Below, one piece after another: positions 1 to 8,753 of a stretch of DNA of 64,000 bases. How positions within the stretch are numbered: position 1 is the stretch's first letter; each line of letters starts with the position of its first letter. The DNA is from Candidatus Yanofskybacteria bacterium RIFCSPHIGHO2_01_FULL_44_24. Its GTDB lineage: Bacteria > Patescibacteriota > Minisyncoccia > 2-02-FULL-40-12 > GWA2-44-9. The translations under genes were made by a program, and so were the position numbers. Where the stretch lies: the NCBI GenBank assembly GCA_001794215.1, contig MGJK01000020.1, positions 1,016 through 65,015 of the forward strand. Direction: 5' to 3'. Below the pieces are notes generated by a model. That model did not search any database and had not been told where the DNA came from. It was given only the letters and a program-made list of their open reading frames with translations.

Positions 1-1161
1 CCGAGCAATAGATGACCCTATCGAATTGACCACCCCCAGAGTCAGGAGCCCCTTTCTTTTGATCTCCTTAAGCGCGCCGAGAGTATCGGCCGTCTCGCCA
101 GACTGGCTGACTGCCAATAAAGCGGTTTTTAAATCAAGGTTATGCTTTTTATACCTCAACTCCGAGGCATACTCTGTTTCCACGGGAATACCCGAATACT
201 CTTCGAGCATATATTCTCCGACTAAAGCAGCTAAATAGGCCGTTCCGCAAGCCGTCAAAATCAGCCGATTTATTTTTCTCAAATCATTCTGAACCAATTC
301 TAATCCCCCAAGCTTAGCCAGTCCGTCTTTCAAAACCAGACGCCCCCGAATCGCATTCGATACGGCTTCAGGCTCTTCAAAAATTTCCTTGAGCATAAAA
401 TGAGGAAAGTTGTTCTTGCGAACCATATCCTCGGACCACTCTATCCTTTCTTCGTTTCTCAAAACCGCCTTCCGATCAAGGGTAGCAATTCTAAAATCAT
501 TATGAGTCAGGATAGCGAACTCGCCGTCCTGCAGATACACAACCTTGCGCGTATATGGCAAAACGGCCGAGGCATCGGAAGCGACGTATTTTTCATTGTC
601 GGTGAAACCGACAAGAAGCGGACTGGAATTTCGAGCTACTATTATTTTGCCGGGATGATCAGCATGGATAAAGACAAAAGCATATGTTCCGACTATAGAC
701 TTGAGAGCAAGTCTTACCGCCTCTTCAAAGCTCACTCCCTCGTTTTTAGCAAAATCCTCAACCAGGTGGGCCACAACTTCCGTATCGGTATCGGACTGAA
801 ACTTATGCCCCCGCTTCAAGAGCCGGTCCTTTAATTCTCTGAAATTTTCGATTATACCGTTGTGGACCAAATAAATCTTCTTGCTACAGTCAAAATGAGG
901 GTGGGCATTCCTGTCTGTCGGCGCTCCATGGGTGGCCCAACGAGTATGGCCGATAGCGGCTTGGCTGTCCCATGTGTTATTCAGGATCTTTTCGACTTCA
1001 TGGATACGGCCCGACTTTTTCTTGCACAAAATTCTGCCGGAAACCACGGCTGCTATTCCGGACGAATCGTAGCCGCGGTACTCAAGACGCTTTAAGCCGT
1101 CCAGTATGACTGGTATTGCCCTTGTCTTATTCTTAGATACATACCCGAATATTCCGCACAT
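1..1161 (-). CDS. glmS: Glutamine--fructose-6-phosphate aminotransferase GlmS, N-terminal 387 codons; 3' end runs off the window
   Basis: Manual minus-strand translation from the ATG at 1161-1159 gives MCGIFGYVSKN...HTRWATHG...LVHNGIIENF (class II glutaminase domain), then a SIS domain. There is no stop before position 1. The gene is missing from the ORF track because it is incomplete. Confidence 0.9.
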   Translation of the reverse strand, partial: MCGIFGYVSKNKTRAIPVILDGLKRLEYRGYDSSGIAAVVSGRILCKKKSGRIHEVEKILNNTWDSQAAIGHTRWATHGAPTDRNAHPHFDCSKKIYLVHNGIIENFRELKDRLLKRGHKFQSDTDTEVVAHLVEDFAKNEGVSFEEAVRLALKSIVGTYAFVFIHADHPGKIIVARNSSPLLVGFTDNEKYVASDASAVLPYTRKVVYLQDGEFAILTHNDFRIATLDRKAVLRNEERIEWSEDMVRKNNFPHFMLKEIFEEPEAVSNAIRGRLVLKDGLAKLGGLELVQNDLRKINRLILTACGTAYLAALVGEYMLEEYSGIPVETEYASELRYKKHNLDLKTALLAVSQSGETADTLGALKEIKRKGLLTLGVVNSIGSSIAR

Positions 1162-1384
1162 GACGATTTTATCTGCGAGGAGTTGTGCTCTGCACAGACG
1201 AGCAGTTATAAAACTCGTCACCCCGCACTATCTGGGCTCAAAGTGCATGCTACCACACCATCAGAGCCGTAAGGCGGCTTCGCCTTATACTCTTCTGAAA
1301 TAAATGGCCTTGATTCCAGATAGTGCGGGGTTAAGTAACTGTTCCTGTGCTCGCTACGCTGCGCGCAGACATTTACATTCATTA

Positions 1385-1413
1385 TATCAATAAAAGCGCT
1401 GTTAGGCGCTTTT
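1385..1413 (-). promoter_or_regulatory. rpsP terminator hairpin (AAAAGCGCctaacaGCGCTTTT) followed by an extended -10 TTGATATAAT, the likely glmS promoter
   Basis: Inverted repeat 1392-1413. On the minus strand the -10 box TATAAT is preceded by TTGA. The same TTGATATAAT word precedes miaA, ssrA and the AbiEii cassette. Confidence 0.5.
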
Positions 1414-1439
1414 ATATCTTAGTTACCATTAGCTGACTA

Positions 1440-1760
1440 CTATACTGACGGAGCCGGAGCTGATTCTGTCTTTGGCGAATCTGTTTGAGCTTTTCTTTTG
1501 GGCTTCCAGCTCTGCATCTTGGGCTTATTCCATACCTTGTAGTTCACCATCAAATTATTGACTGTCGGGGATACTTGAGCGCCTTTTGAAATCCAATATT
1601 CAATCCGGTCTTTTTTAGCCTGAAATTGCTTCTGATGAGGATTATACGTACCCAAAAGCTCAAGGAATTCTCCCTTGGGTCTTGAGGTGTGCTCGGTAAC
1701 TATGATCCTAAAATGAGCCTGGCCTCTCTTTCCTATCCTTTGCAGTCTTACCATTAACAT
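1440..1760 (-). CDS. rpsP: 30S ribosomal protein S16
   Basis: MVRLQRIGKRGQAHFRIIV... is a typical bS16 N-terminus. The true start is probably the second M. Confidence 0.9.
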   Translation of the reverse strand: MLMVRLQRIGKRGQAHFRIIVTEHTSRPKGEFLELLGTYNPHQKQFQAKKDRIEYWISKGAQVSPTVNNLMVNYKVWNKPKMQSWKPKRKAQTDSPKTESAPAPSV

Positions 1761-1799
1761 GGGGTATATAATAACAAAAATTCTATACTATGCAACATG

Positions 1800-2165
1800 C
1801 TACACGCGGCTGACAATTTCCTTCATTTTTCGGACTTTTTCTTCTTCCAATCCTTGACTCATGAAATCGACATAGTTAGAAACAATTTTTTTGAAAACAA
1901 TACGGCTTCGGTCATACAAATCGTTCTCCGAGAATAATTCTGCGATCTTGTTTTTAATCTCGGCCACCTTGGGATTGGTCGGATCGGTTGATTTAATGTT
2001 TTCTGCAAGCCATTTCTGCTCATCTTCAGGAAGTTCTCCTTGAAGAGACTTAATAAGCTCTGCGGCAAGATATTTTTTGAAAATATCAAAAGCCCTATCC
2101 TTCTCGGGGGACGAAAGGCCCAAAACATTAAATAACTCAATTAAAACCGGCCTAAAGTTTTCCAT
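1800..2165 (-). CDS. hypothetical protein (121 aa)
   Basis: Complete ORF with no recognisable motif. Confidence 0.35.
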   Translation of the reverse strand: MENFRPVLIELFNVLGLSSPEKDRAFDIFKKYLAAELIKSLQGELPEDEQKWLAENIKSTDPTNPKVAEIKNKIAELFSENDLYDRSRIVFKKIVSNYVDFMSQGLEEEKVRKMKEIVSRV

Positions 2166-2344
2166 GACATCAAATAACTTATTTCTGCTCTAATAGCTTA
2201 TCGATAAAATCCCCTATCAAAAATATAGGTAATATTGGTAGCCATAACAAAAGCTCTGACTCCCAGGCGGACTGCCTTCCTCTTGATTCCTTTGATGGTG
2301 ATTTCTCTGACATATATCAATATTATATTGCTTTTATAAAATCC

Positions 2345-3037
2345 TTACCAGCCCTTTTTCTTTAGGGCATCCTCGGCGGCCATTTGCTGGGCTTCCTGCT
2401 TAGACGGCCCCCTGCCGGTTCCGATCAGATCCTTCTCAAGGAATACACCGACTTTAAAATTACGGGCATGATCGGGGCCCCATTCCTCTAAAACTTCGTA
2501 TGTGGGAGTAATCCCTACTTTATCCTGAGCTTGTTCCTGAAAAAGACTCTTCGAGTCGCGATAGAGGCGCTTTTCTATGATTACCGGGAGTTCCTTTAAT
2601 ATAAATTTATCTATAAATTTGGCCGCCGCCTCATAACCCCGGTCAAGATATGCGGCTCCGATAATCGCCTCGACGGCGTTGGCAAGGATATACTGTCGTG
2701 CCCGGCCGGTATCCCGGGCTTCGCCTCGGGATAAGAGCACAAAATCGTTGAGATCAAAATCGCTCGATATCTTCGATAACATATTGGCATTAACCAAGGC
2801 GGCGCGCCAATTGGTCATTTCCCCTTCCGGGTTAGGGTAGTTTTTATAAAGGTGGTCGGTCACGACTAACTCTAATACCGCATCGCCTAAAAACTCCAAG
2901 CGTTCGTTGTGATCAAGGTGCCAATTATGATTTTCGTTCAAGTAAGAACGGTGAGTAAGGGCCTGGAGCAAGAGGTTCTTGTCTATGAATTTAAGACCCG
3001 TTTTCTGTTCAAGCTGAGAAATTTTATCTTCGAACAT
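2345..3037 (-). CDS. rnc: Ribonuclease III
   Basis: ERLEFLGDAVL RNase III signature, followed by a C-terminal dsRBD. Confidence 0.9.
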   Translation of the reverse strand: MFEDKISQLEQKTGLKFIDKNLLLQALTHRSYLNENHNWHLDHNERLEFLGDAVLELVVTDHLYKNYPNPEGEMTNWRAALVNANMLSKISSDFDLNDFVLLSRGEARDTGRARQYILANAVEAIIGAAYLDRGYEAAAKFIDKFILKELPVIIEKRLYRDSKSLFQEQAQDKVGITPTYEVLEEWGPDHARNFKVGVFLEKDLIGTGRGPSKQEAQQMAAEDALKKKGW

Positions 3038-3147
3038 TTCTTCAATTTACAATTTACAATTTACAATTTACAATTAATTTTCAATAACTCAGTAATTGAG
3101 AAATTGAATTATTTAATGAAAATTGAAAACTGAAAACTGAAAATTAG
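3038..3147. repeat. AT-rich heptamer tandem repeats: (CAATTTA)x4.6 at 3043-3075 and (GAAAACT)x3 at 3125-3146
   Basis: Direct reading of the sequence; the repeats fill the spacer between rnc and nusB. Confidence 0.8.
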
Positions 3148-3651
3148 TTATTCTTTGCTTTCTTTATCTTTATCCTTTGGTTCTTCATTCCCTTCTTTAT
3201 CTTTTGCCGGGGGCGCATCATCTTTTCCGGGTTCTCCGATTTCTCGATAAACCGTACCTAAAACTCCGTTAACAAATTTCCCGGAAGACTCGCCGCCGAA
3301 AGACTTGGCTAATTCAATCGACTCGTTAATGGCGACCTTCGGAGGCACCTCTTCCCTGTTTCCGAAAAGCAATTCATAAAGCCCGACCCGCAAGACATTC
3401 CTATCCACCACCGCAATCTGTTCAAGGGGCCACTGAGGAGCGGCTTTTTCAATAATTAGATCGAGTTCTTTAATATGGCCCATTACGCCGTCAATGAGCT
3501 GGTGAACAAAGGTGCTGTCTTCAAGGCCGGCCGCAAATTCCTCCAAGTTTCTTTTGACTATCTCTGCCAACTCGTCATTTTTCCTGCCTCGAAAATCCCA
3601 CTCATAGAGTGATTGCATAGCTACGCTTCTTGAAAGGTGCCGTGATGCCAA
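3148..3651 (-). CDS. nusB: Transcription antitermination factor NusB (TTG start)
   Basis: [17 protein letters not shown] aligns to the NusB N-terminal RRRARExAxQALY motif. The start codon is TTG. Confidence 0.85.
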   Translation of the reverse strand: MASRHLSRSVAMQSLYEWDFRGRKNDELAEIVKRNLEEFAAGLEDSTFVHQLIDGVMGHIKELDLIIEKAAPQWPLEQIAVVDRNVLRVGLYELLFGNREEVPPKVAINESIELAKSFGGESSGKFVNGVLGTVYREIGEPGKDDAPPAKDKEGNEEPKDKDKESKE

Positions 3652-3759
3652 AATTCAATTTACAATTTACATTTTACAATTTACAATCGATGTCTCAATG
3701 ATCTAATTCTCAAAAATTGAAAATTCGATGAAAATTGGTACTTGAAAATTGAAAATTAT
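3652..3759. repeat. AT-rich heptamer tandem repeats: (CAATTTA)-like at 3656-3687 and (GAAAATT)-like at 3713-3759
   Basis: Direct reading of the spacer between rpmF and nusB. Confidence 0.8.
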
Positions 3760-3977
3760 TTCTGCCTGTGCTTCTGCTTCTCCTTCTTTTTCAGTTCCTT
3801 AGCCAAAACATTAATGATCTCTTTCCCCTTATAGTGGCCGCAATTTTTGCACACCAAATGAGGTAAAATCATTTTTTTACAGTGAGAACAGGCTGTCAAT
3901 TGTTTGGGCTTAAGGGCAAGGTGGCTTCGTCTTCGAAGCTGCTTGCCCTTGGCCATGTGGTGTCTTGGAACTGCCAT
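3756..3977 (-). CDS. rpmF: 50S ribosomal protein L32
   Basis: MAVPRHH...RRSH...CxxC...CxxC zinc-ribbon pattern of bL32. Confidence 0.9.
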   Translation of the reverse strand: MAVPRHHMAKGKQLRRRSHLALKPKQLTACSHCKKMILPHLVCKNCGHYKGKEIINVLAKELKKKEKQKHRQK

Positions 3978-4085
3978 AAGAAGTGGCCCAAAGCTTAAGG
4001 CCCCAGATCTAAAGATTTAAACGTTAAGCTTTAAGTGCAATACTAACACGAAATAATAATTTTTGCAATTGCCTAATCGGCCGAT

Positions 4086-4107
4086 CAAAAAGACCCGAAA
4101 AGGGTCT
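4086..4107 (-). terminator. Rho-independent terminator AAAGACCCgaaaaGGGTCTTT + T-run
   Basis: Perfect 8-bp stem. On the minus strand it is followed by TTTTTGAT, directly after the stop of the metalloprotease gene. Confidence 0.6.
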
Positions 4108-4719
4108 TTAGTCCGGTACGGCATTGATATGGGCAATCCGATCGTCGTATTCGGCATTATGATTGACCAGCCGAATAGCCAAAAAAAACAAATAGGGGTG
4201 CTTTCTCAAGAAATTCGTCTTCCGATCGCTTTCTTTTTTTAACTTTTTAACCACAGAGAGAATCCCCGATTTCCCGGCTATTTCCGCGGCACGAACATCA
4301 ACCATCCAATGAGGCCGAAAGTCATCGCCAAATCTCTCCGCCTCTTCCGCATGAGCAAATTCATGAGCCAATAAGCCCGCTAACTCATCAGGGGTAAACT
4401 CAATCAACGCTTTCTCGGTTATGTAAATGCATTTATAAACCCAGAAGTAATAAGCGTTGAGATAATCTGCTTTGAAAACAATGACATAGCACGGATCATG
4501 GATAGACAGCGAGACTTTAAATCTTTTTCTTGCCTCATTAATCTGCTCATAGTATCGGACGACCTGGTCATTATACAACGAAGCGGCCGGGAAATCGGTT
4601 TTATGCTCTTCTGTCTCAAGAAATCCAAGAGCATAAATATTTATAAGAAGAAAACAGCCAAGCAGACCCGCAAAAAAACGAAAAATCATCCGCCCAAGCC
4701 AGTTTTTATCAAAGAACAT
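4108..4719 (-). CDS. Membrane-anchored HExxH zinc metallopeptidase-like protein
   Basis: N-terminal TM helix; LAHEFAH motif followed by EEAERFGDD. Confidence 0.45.
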   Translation of the reverse strand: MFFDKNWLGRMIFRFFAGLLGCFLLINIYALGFLETEEHKTDFPAASLYNDQVVRYYEQINEARKRFKVSLSIHDPCYVIVFKADYLNAYYFWVYKCIYITEKALIEFTPDELAGLLAHEFAHAEEAERFGDDFRPHWMVDVRAAEIAGKSGILSVVKKLKKESDRKTNFLRKHPYLFFLAIRLVNHNAEYDDRIAHINAVPD

Positions 4720-4884
4720 GCCCTACCTCTGCCTCTAAGCGGACCCGGAAAGCTTAAAACAACAGCAAGATTTGTCTATTTTACTTGTCCACACCTTTTT
4801 CTCATTGCCGGCCTCGCCACTAATGCTAAAATAGAGTTATAGATCCTAAGTTCTAAATCCGAAATCCTAAACAATCTATGTTTA

Positions 4885-4914
4885 GAAATTAGAAATTAGA
4901 AATTAGAAATTATT
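4885..4914. repeat. (GAAATTA)x4 tandem repeat directly abutting the dnaE TTG start
   Basis: gaaattagaaattagaaattagaaattatttTTG. Confidence 0.8.
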
Positions 4915-7900
4915 TTGAGATTTACTCACCTCCACACCCATTCCCACTATTCACTCTTGGACGGACTCTCGAAAATAGATGAATTAGTGGCTAAAGCCAA
5001 AGAACTGGGAATGGAAGCGCTCGCTCTCACCGATCATGGCGTCATGTATGGCGCCATTGAGTTTTATAAGAAAGCCTCCGCGGCCGGGATCAAACCGATC
5101 ATAGGCTGTGAAATGTATATTTCCGAAAACGGAATGCACGAAAAAAGAACGGGCATAGATGATAAGAGATATCACCTAGTGATATTGGCGGAAAATAATA
5201 CCGGATACAGAAATTTAATCAAACTCGTAACCGCCGCCCACCTTGAGGGCTTCTACTATAAGCCGCGCATTGATAAAGAACTACTGCGCAGCCACTCTGA
5301 GGGCCTCATCGGTCTTTCCGCCTGCCTCGGAGGAGAAATTTCCAGAGCGGTTCTCGCAAAAAACAACGAGAAGGCCAAAAGAGTTGCATTAGAATATCAG
5401 GAGATTTTCGGAAAGGGAAACTTTTATCTTGAGGTTCAACAGCATCACCATATCGAAGAGCAGAATTTTGTCACACCCGAATTAATTAAGATATCAAAGG
5501 AAACCGGAATTCCTTTAGTCGCCACCCAAGACTCGCACTACACCCATACTGAAGACGCTCATGCCCACGATGTTCTGCTTGCGGTTCAAACCGGGAATAA
5601 ATTAGATGACAGCGACCGACTGACAATGAGAGATGATGACTTTTCATTGCTTAACGGAGAAATGATGCACGAAAAATTCAAGAATCTCGATCAGGAGTCA
5701 ATCAGTGAGGCATTTGAAAATACCAACAAGATCGCCGAACGATGCAACGTAAAAATAGACCTTGGCAAAACCCAGCTTCCTAACTTCGAATTGCCTAAAG
5801 GCTATCAATCAAGCGATGAGTATCTTCGAGAATTAAGCTCTGCCGGACTAAAGACGCGGTATGGAGATCAGATTGCCCCAGAAATACTGGACCGGCTGAA
5901 CTACGAGCTGAAAGTCATCAAACAAACGGGATTTGCTTCATATTTCTTAATCGTTCAGGACTTTGTAAACTGGGCGAAGAAAGGGGGTATCGTTGTCGGC
6001 CCGGGACGAGGATCAGCTGCCGGAAGCTTGGTTTCTTACCTACTCAATATAACCAATGTCGACCCGCTGAAATACGGACTGCTGTTTGAAAGGTTTCTAA
6101 ACCCTGAAAGGATTTCAATGCCCGACATAGACCTCGACTTTGATGACGCCAGAAGAAACGAGGTCCTGGAATATGTCGCCGAAAAGTACGGACACGATCA
6201 TTTCGCCCAGATCATAACTTTCGGTACTATGGCTGCCCGCGGCGGAATAAGGGACGCTGGAAGAGCTCTGGGATATTCCTACGATTTCTGCGATCAGATC
6301 GCTAAGATGATCCCCTTCAATCCTAACCAGGGAGAAAAGACCGGCCATCTTAAAAGATGCCTTGAGACCGTTGACGACCTAAGAAACATCTATAACACCA
6401 ACCTTGACGCCAAAAACCTGATAGATTCGGCCATGAAGCTTGAAGGAGTAGCCCGCCATGCCTCCACTCATGCCTGTGCTGTTATCATCACTCCTCAACC
6501 CCTGACCAACTACTTACCCCTTCAGCGCGGCACAAACGAGAGTGACATCATCACCCAATACGAAATGCACGCCGTTGAAGATTTGGGACTTTTAAAAATG
6601 GACTTCCTTGGATTGGCAAACCTGACTATTATCGAAAATACCCTGAAAGAAATAAAAAGAAACCACGGATTAGACCTGAATATCGATTCCATACCCCTTG
6701 ATGACAAAAAAACATATCAGCTTCTCCAAAAAGCCCAAACAACCGGAGTATTCCAATTAGAAAGCTCGGGAATGAAAAAATACCTGAAAGATTTAAAACC
6801 CAGCCAGTTTGAAGATATCGCTCTGATGATCGCTTTATACCGTCCCGGGCCGATGGATCTTATCCCCGAATTCATAGCCCGCAAGCATGGTCAGAGCAAA
6901 GTTACATATCTTCATCCAAGCCTTGAGCCCGTGCTAAACAGCACTTACGGCATTATGGTTTATCAAGAACAGCTTATGGCCGCCGCTCAGGCCTTAGCCG
7001 GCCTTTCACTGGCCCAAGCAGATATCCTTCGAAAGGCGGTAGGTAAAAAAATAAAAACCTTAGTCCAGGAGCAAAAAGACAAGGTTATAAACGGCTGTCT
7101 GAAAAATAACGTAAGGAAAGAGGTAGCTGAGAAATTTTGGCAGCTAATAGAGCCGTTCGATCGATACGGATTCAATAAAAGCCATGCCATCAGCTACGCC
7201 GCCATAGCTTATCAAACCGCCTATCTTAAAGCGCATTACCCCGTGGAATTCATGGCTGCGTTCATGAACAGTGAAACCGGAGACGTAGAGCGGGTGGCCT
7301 TCCTCATTGAGGAATGCAAAGAAATGGGCATCGAAGTCCTTCCCCCGTCTATCAACCACAGTTATGAAAAATTCGCGGTAGTTCCTTCAAACAGTTCCGG
7401 ACAGATGAAGCCGTCAATCAGATTCGGGCTGACGGCCGTTAAAAACGTAGGTGAGAATGTCGTTTCCGCAATTATTCAGGAAAGGGGAGAAAACGGTCCG
7501 TTCAAAGTAATCGATGATTTTATTTCAAGGATAAATAACAAAGACTTGAATAAGAAATCCCTTGAGAGTTTGATCAGATGCGGAGCCCTCGACATATTTG
7601 GAGAGCGCAATACGCTCCTGGCCAACATAGAACAATTGTTATACTACTCCAGGGAAAAACAGAAAAAATCTTCGATGGGCCAAGCCAGCCTCTTTGGAGA
7701 AGTGACGGATACGGAATTACCGCCCCTTCGTCTTGCCATAGCCGAACCGGCTCATAAATGGGAAAAATTATTGTGGGAGAAAGAGTTGTTGGGATTGTTT
7801 GTTTCCGATCACCCTCTCAACAGCTACCAAACTCAGCTTAGACTGGAAAAGGTTACGCCCATAAAGAGTATTTCAATCAATACTCCGGGGCCGATAAAAA

Positions 7901-8142
7901 TCGGGGGGGTTGTTACCAAAACTCAAAAAATAGTTACAAAAACCGGCAAACCGATGATATTCTCCTGGCTCGAAGACTTAACTTCAAAAATAGAGGTCGT
8001 GGTCTTTCCTAATGTTCTTGAGAAATACCCGGATGCCTGGAAAGAAAACACCGTAGTTATAGCTCAAGGAAAGGTTAACGACCGCGACGGCGTATTAAAG
8101 CTGTTATGCGATAAAGTAACTCCTCTTACGGTAAGGGCGTAG
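4915..8142 (+). CDS. dnaE: DNA polymerase III alpha subunit (TTG start)
   Basis: PHP domain HLHTHSHYSLLDG, a polymerase core, and a C-terminal OB fold. The start is TTG, bounded by an in-frame TAG 18 nt upstream. Confidence 0.95.
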   Translation: MRFTHLHTHSHYSLLDGLSKIDELVAKAKELGMEALALTDHGVMYGAIEFYKKASAAGIKPIIGCEMYISENGMHEKRTGIDDKRYHLVILAENNTGYRNLIKLVTAAHLEGFYYKPRIDKELLRSHSEGLIGLSACLGGEISRAVLAKNNEKAKRVALEYQEIFGKGNFYLEVQQHHHIEEQNFVTPELIKISKETGIPLVATQDSHYTHTEDAHAHDVLLAVQTGNKLDDSDRLTMRDDDFSLLNGEMMHEKFKNLDQESISEAFENTNKIAERCNVKIDLGKTQLPNFELPKGYQSSDEYLRELSSAGLKTRYGDQIAPEILDRLNYELKVIKQTGFASYFLIVQDFVNWAKKGGIVVGPGRGSAAGSLVSYLLNITNVDPLKYGLLFERFLNPERISMPDIDLDFDDARRNEVLEYVAEKYGHDHFAQIITFGTMAARGGIRDAGRALGYSYDFCDQIAKMIPFNPNQGEKTGHLKRCLETVDDLRNIYNTNLDAKNLIDSAMKLEGVARHASTHACAVIITPQPLTNYLPLQRGTNESDIITQYEMHAVEDLGLLKMDFLGLANLTIIENTLKEIKRNHGLDLNIDSIPLDDKKTYQLLQKAQTTGVFQLESSGMKKYLKDLKPSQFEDIALMIALYRPGPMDLIPEFIARKHGQSKVTYLHPSLEPVLNSTYGIMVYQEQLMAAAQALAGLSLAQADILRKAVGKKIKTLVQEQKDKVINGCLKNNVRKEVAEKFWQLIEPFDRYGFNKSHAISYAAIAYQTAYLKAHYPVEFMAAFMNSETGDVERVAFLIEECKEMGIEVLPPSINHSYEKFAVVPSNSSGQMKPSIRFGLTAVKNVGENVVSAIIQERGENGPFKVIDDFISRINNKDLNKKSLESLIRCGALDIFGERNTLLANIEQLLYYSREKQKKSSMGQASLFGEVTDTELPPLRLAIAEPAHKWEKLLWEKELLGLFVSDHPLNSYQTQLRLEKVTPIKSISINTPGPIKIGGVVTKTQKIVTKTGKPMIFSWLEDLTSKIEVVVFPNVLEKYPDAWKENTVVIAQGKVNDRDGVLKLLCDKVTPLTVRA

Positions 8143-8173
8143 GGGGAAGATGGAATTAGGCATTAGGAAAATC

Positions 8174-8206
8174 AAAAACCACCCATAGGGTGGTTAAAAC
8201 TTTTTA
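8174..8206. terminator. Bidirectional terminator AACCACCCataGGGTGGTT flanked by A/T runs
   Basis: Perfect 8-bp GC-rich stem between convergent dnaE (+) and the 8258-8623 ORF (-). Confidence 0.6.
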
Positions 8207-8257
8207 GAAACATCGAGTTAAAATGAGCCATACGCTTGAAATTGGTACCTACCAGCC

Positions 8258-8623
8258 TTAGACAGACGCCAACGACTCCGATATTCTTCCGACAGCATAG
8301 ACATATAAATCAGCAAGCGCCTGCAAGCCATGGCTAAAGCTTCTTCGAGCTACCATGGTTACTACTATAAAAACCCAGGCTACGGAGGTTATCAGCAAAG
8401 ATAAGGCCACCCAAGAAAAAACTAACTTATTTAAAAATTGATTATAGATTGGACTTTTTGAAATATCGATTTTATTACGCCACGTTTTAATAAGTACGAT
8501 CGATACTCCCAAAAGATAGACCACTATTGCTTCCACCGGCCAATTGGACATATCCGGTTTTCCCCTCTTTTCAATGAACTGAAATAGCTTCAAGATAATA
8601 CCAAGAATAATCACCCCGGTCAA
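8258..8623 (-). CDS. hypothetical small membrane protein
   Basis: Three predicted hydrophobic helices and no known motif. Confidence 0.35.
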   Translation of the reverse strand: MTGVIILGIILKLFQFIEKRGKPDMSNWPVEAIVVYLLGVSIVLIKTWRNKIDISKSPIYNQFLNKLVFSWVALSLLITSVAWVFIVVTMVARRSFSHGLQALADLYVYAVGRISESLASV

Positions 8624-8753
8624 GTCTTTTGGGTTACTGGAATTTTTGTTATCCTGATGAGATAGTTATAAAGTTGATCGGGTTCATAAAGCTAAAAGGT
8701 AATTAACGAAACTAAAACTTTAAGAACTTTACAAACTTTATAAACCTTAAACT

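Noticed and set aside
26-1303. Plus-strand ORFs 26-238, 400-834, 862-1095 and 1106-1303 from the track
   Set aside because: They are antisense to glmS. The minus strand translates without a stop into a canonical GlmS N-terminus, but it is incomplete at the window edge and so missing from the track. I briefly considered an alternative genetic code to explain the apparent ORF-free 1.3 kb. Standard code 11 reads all other genes cleanly.
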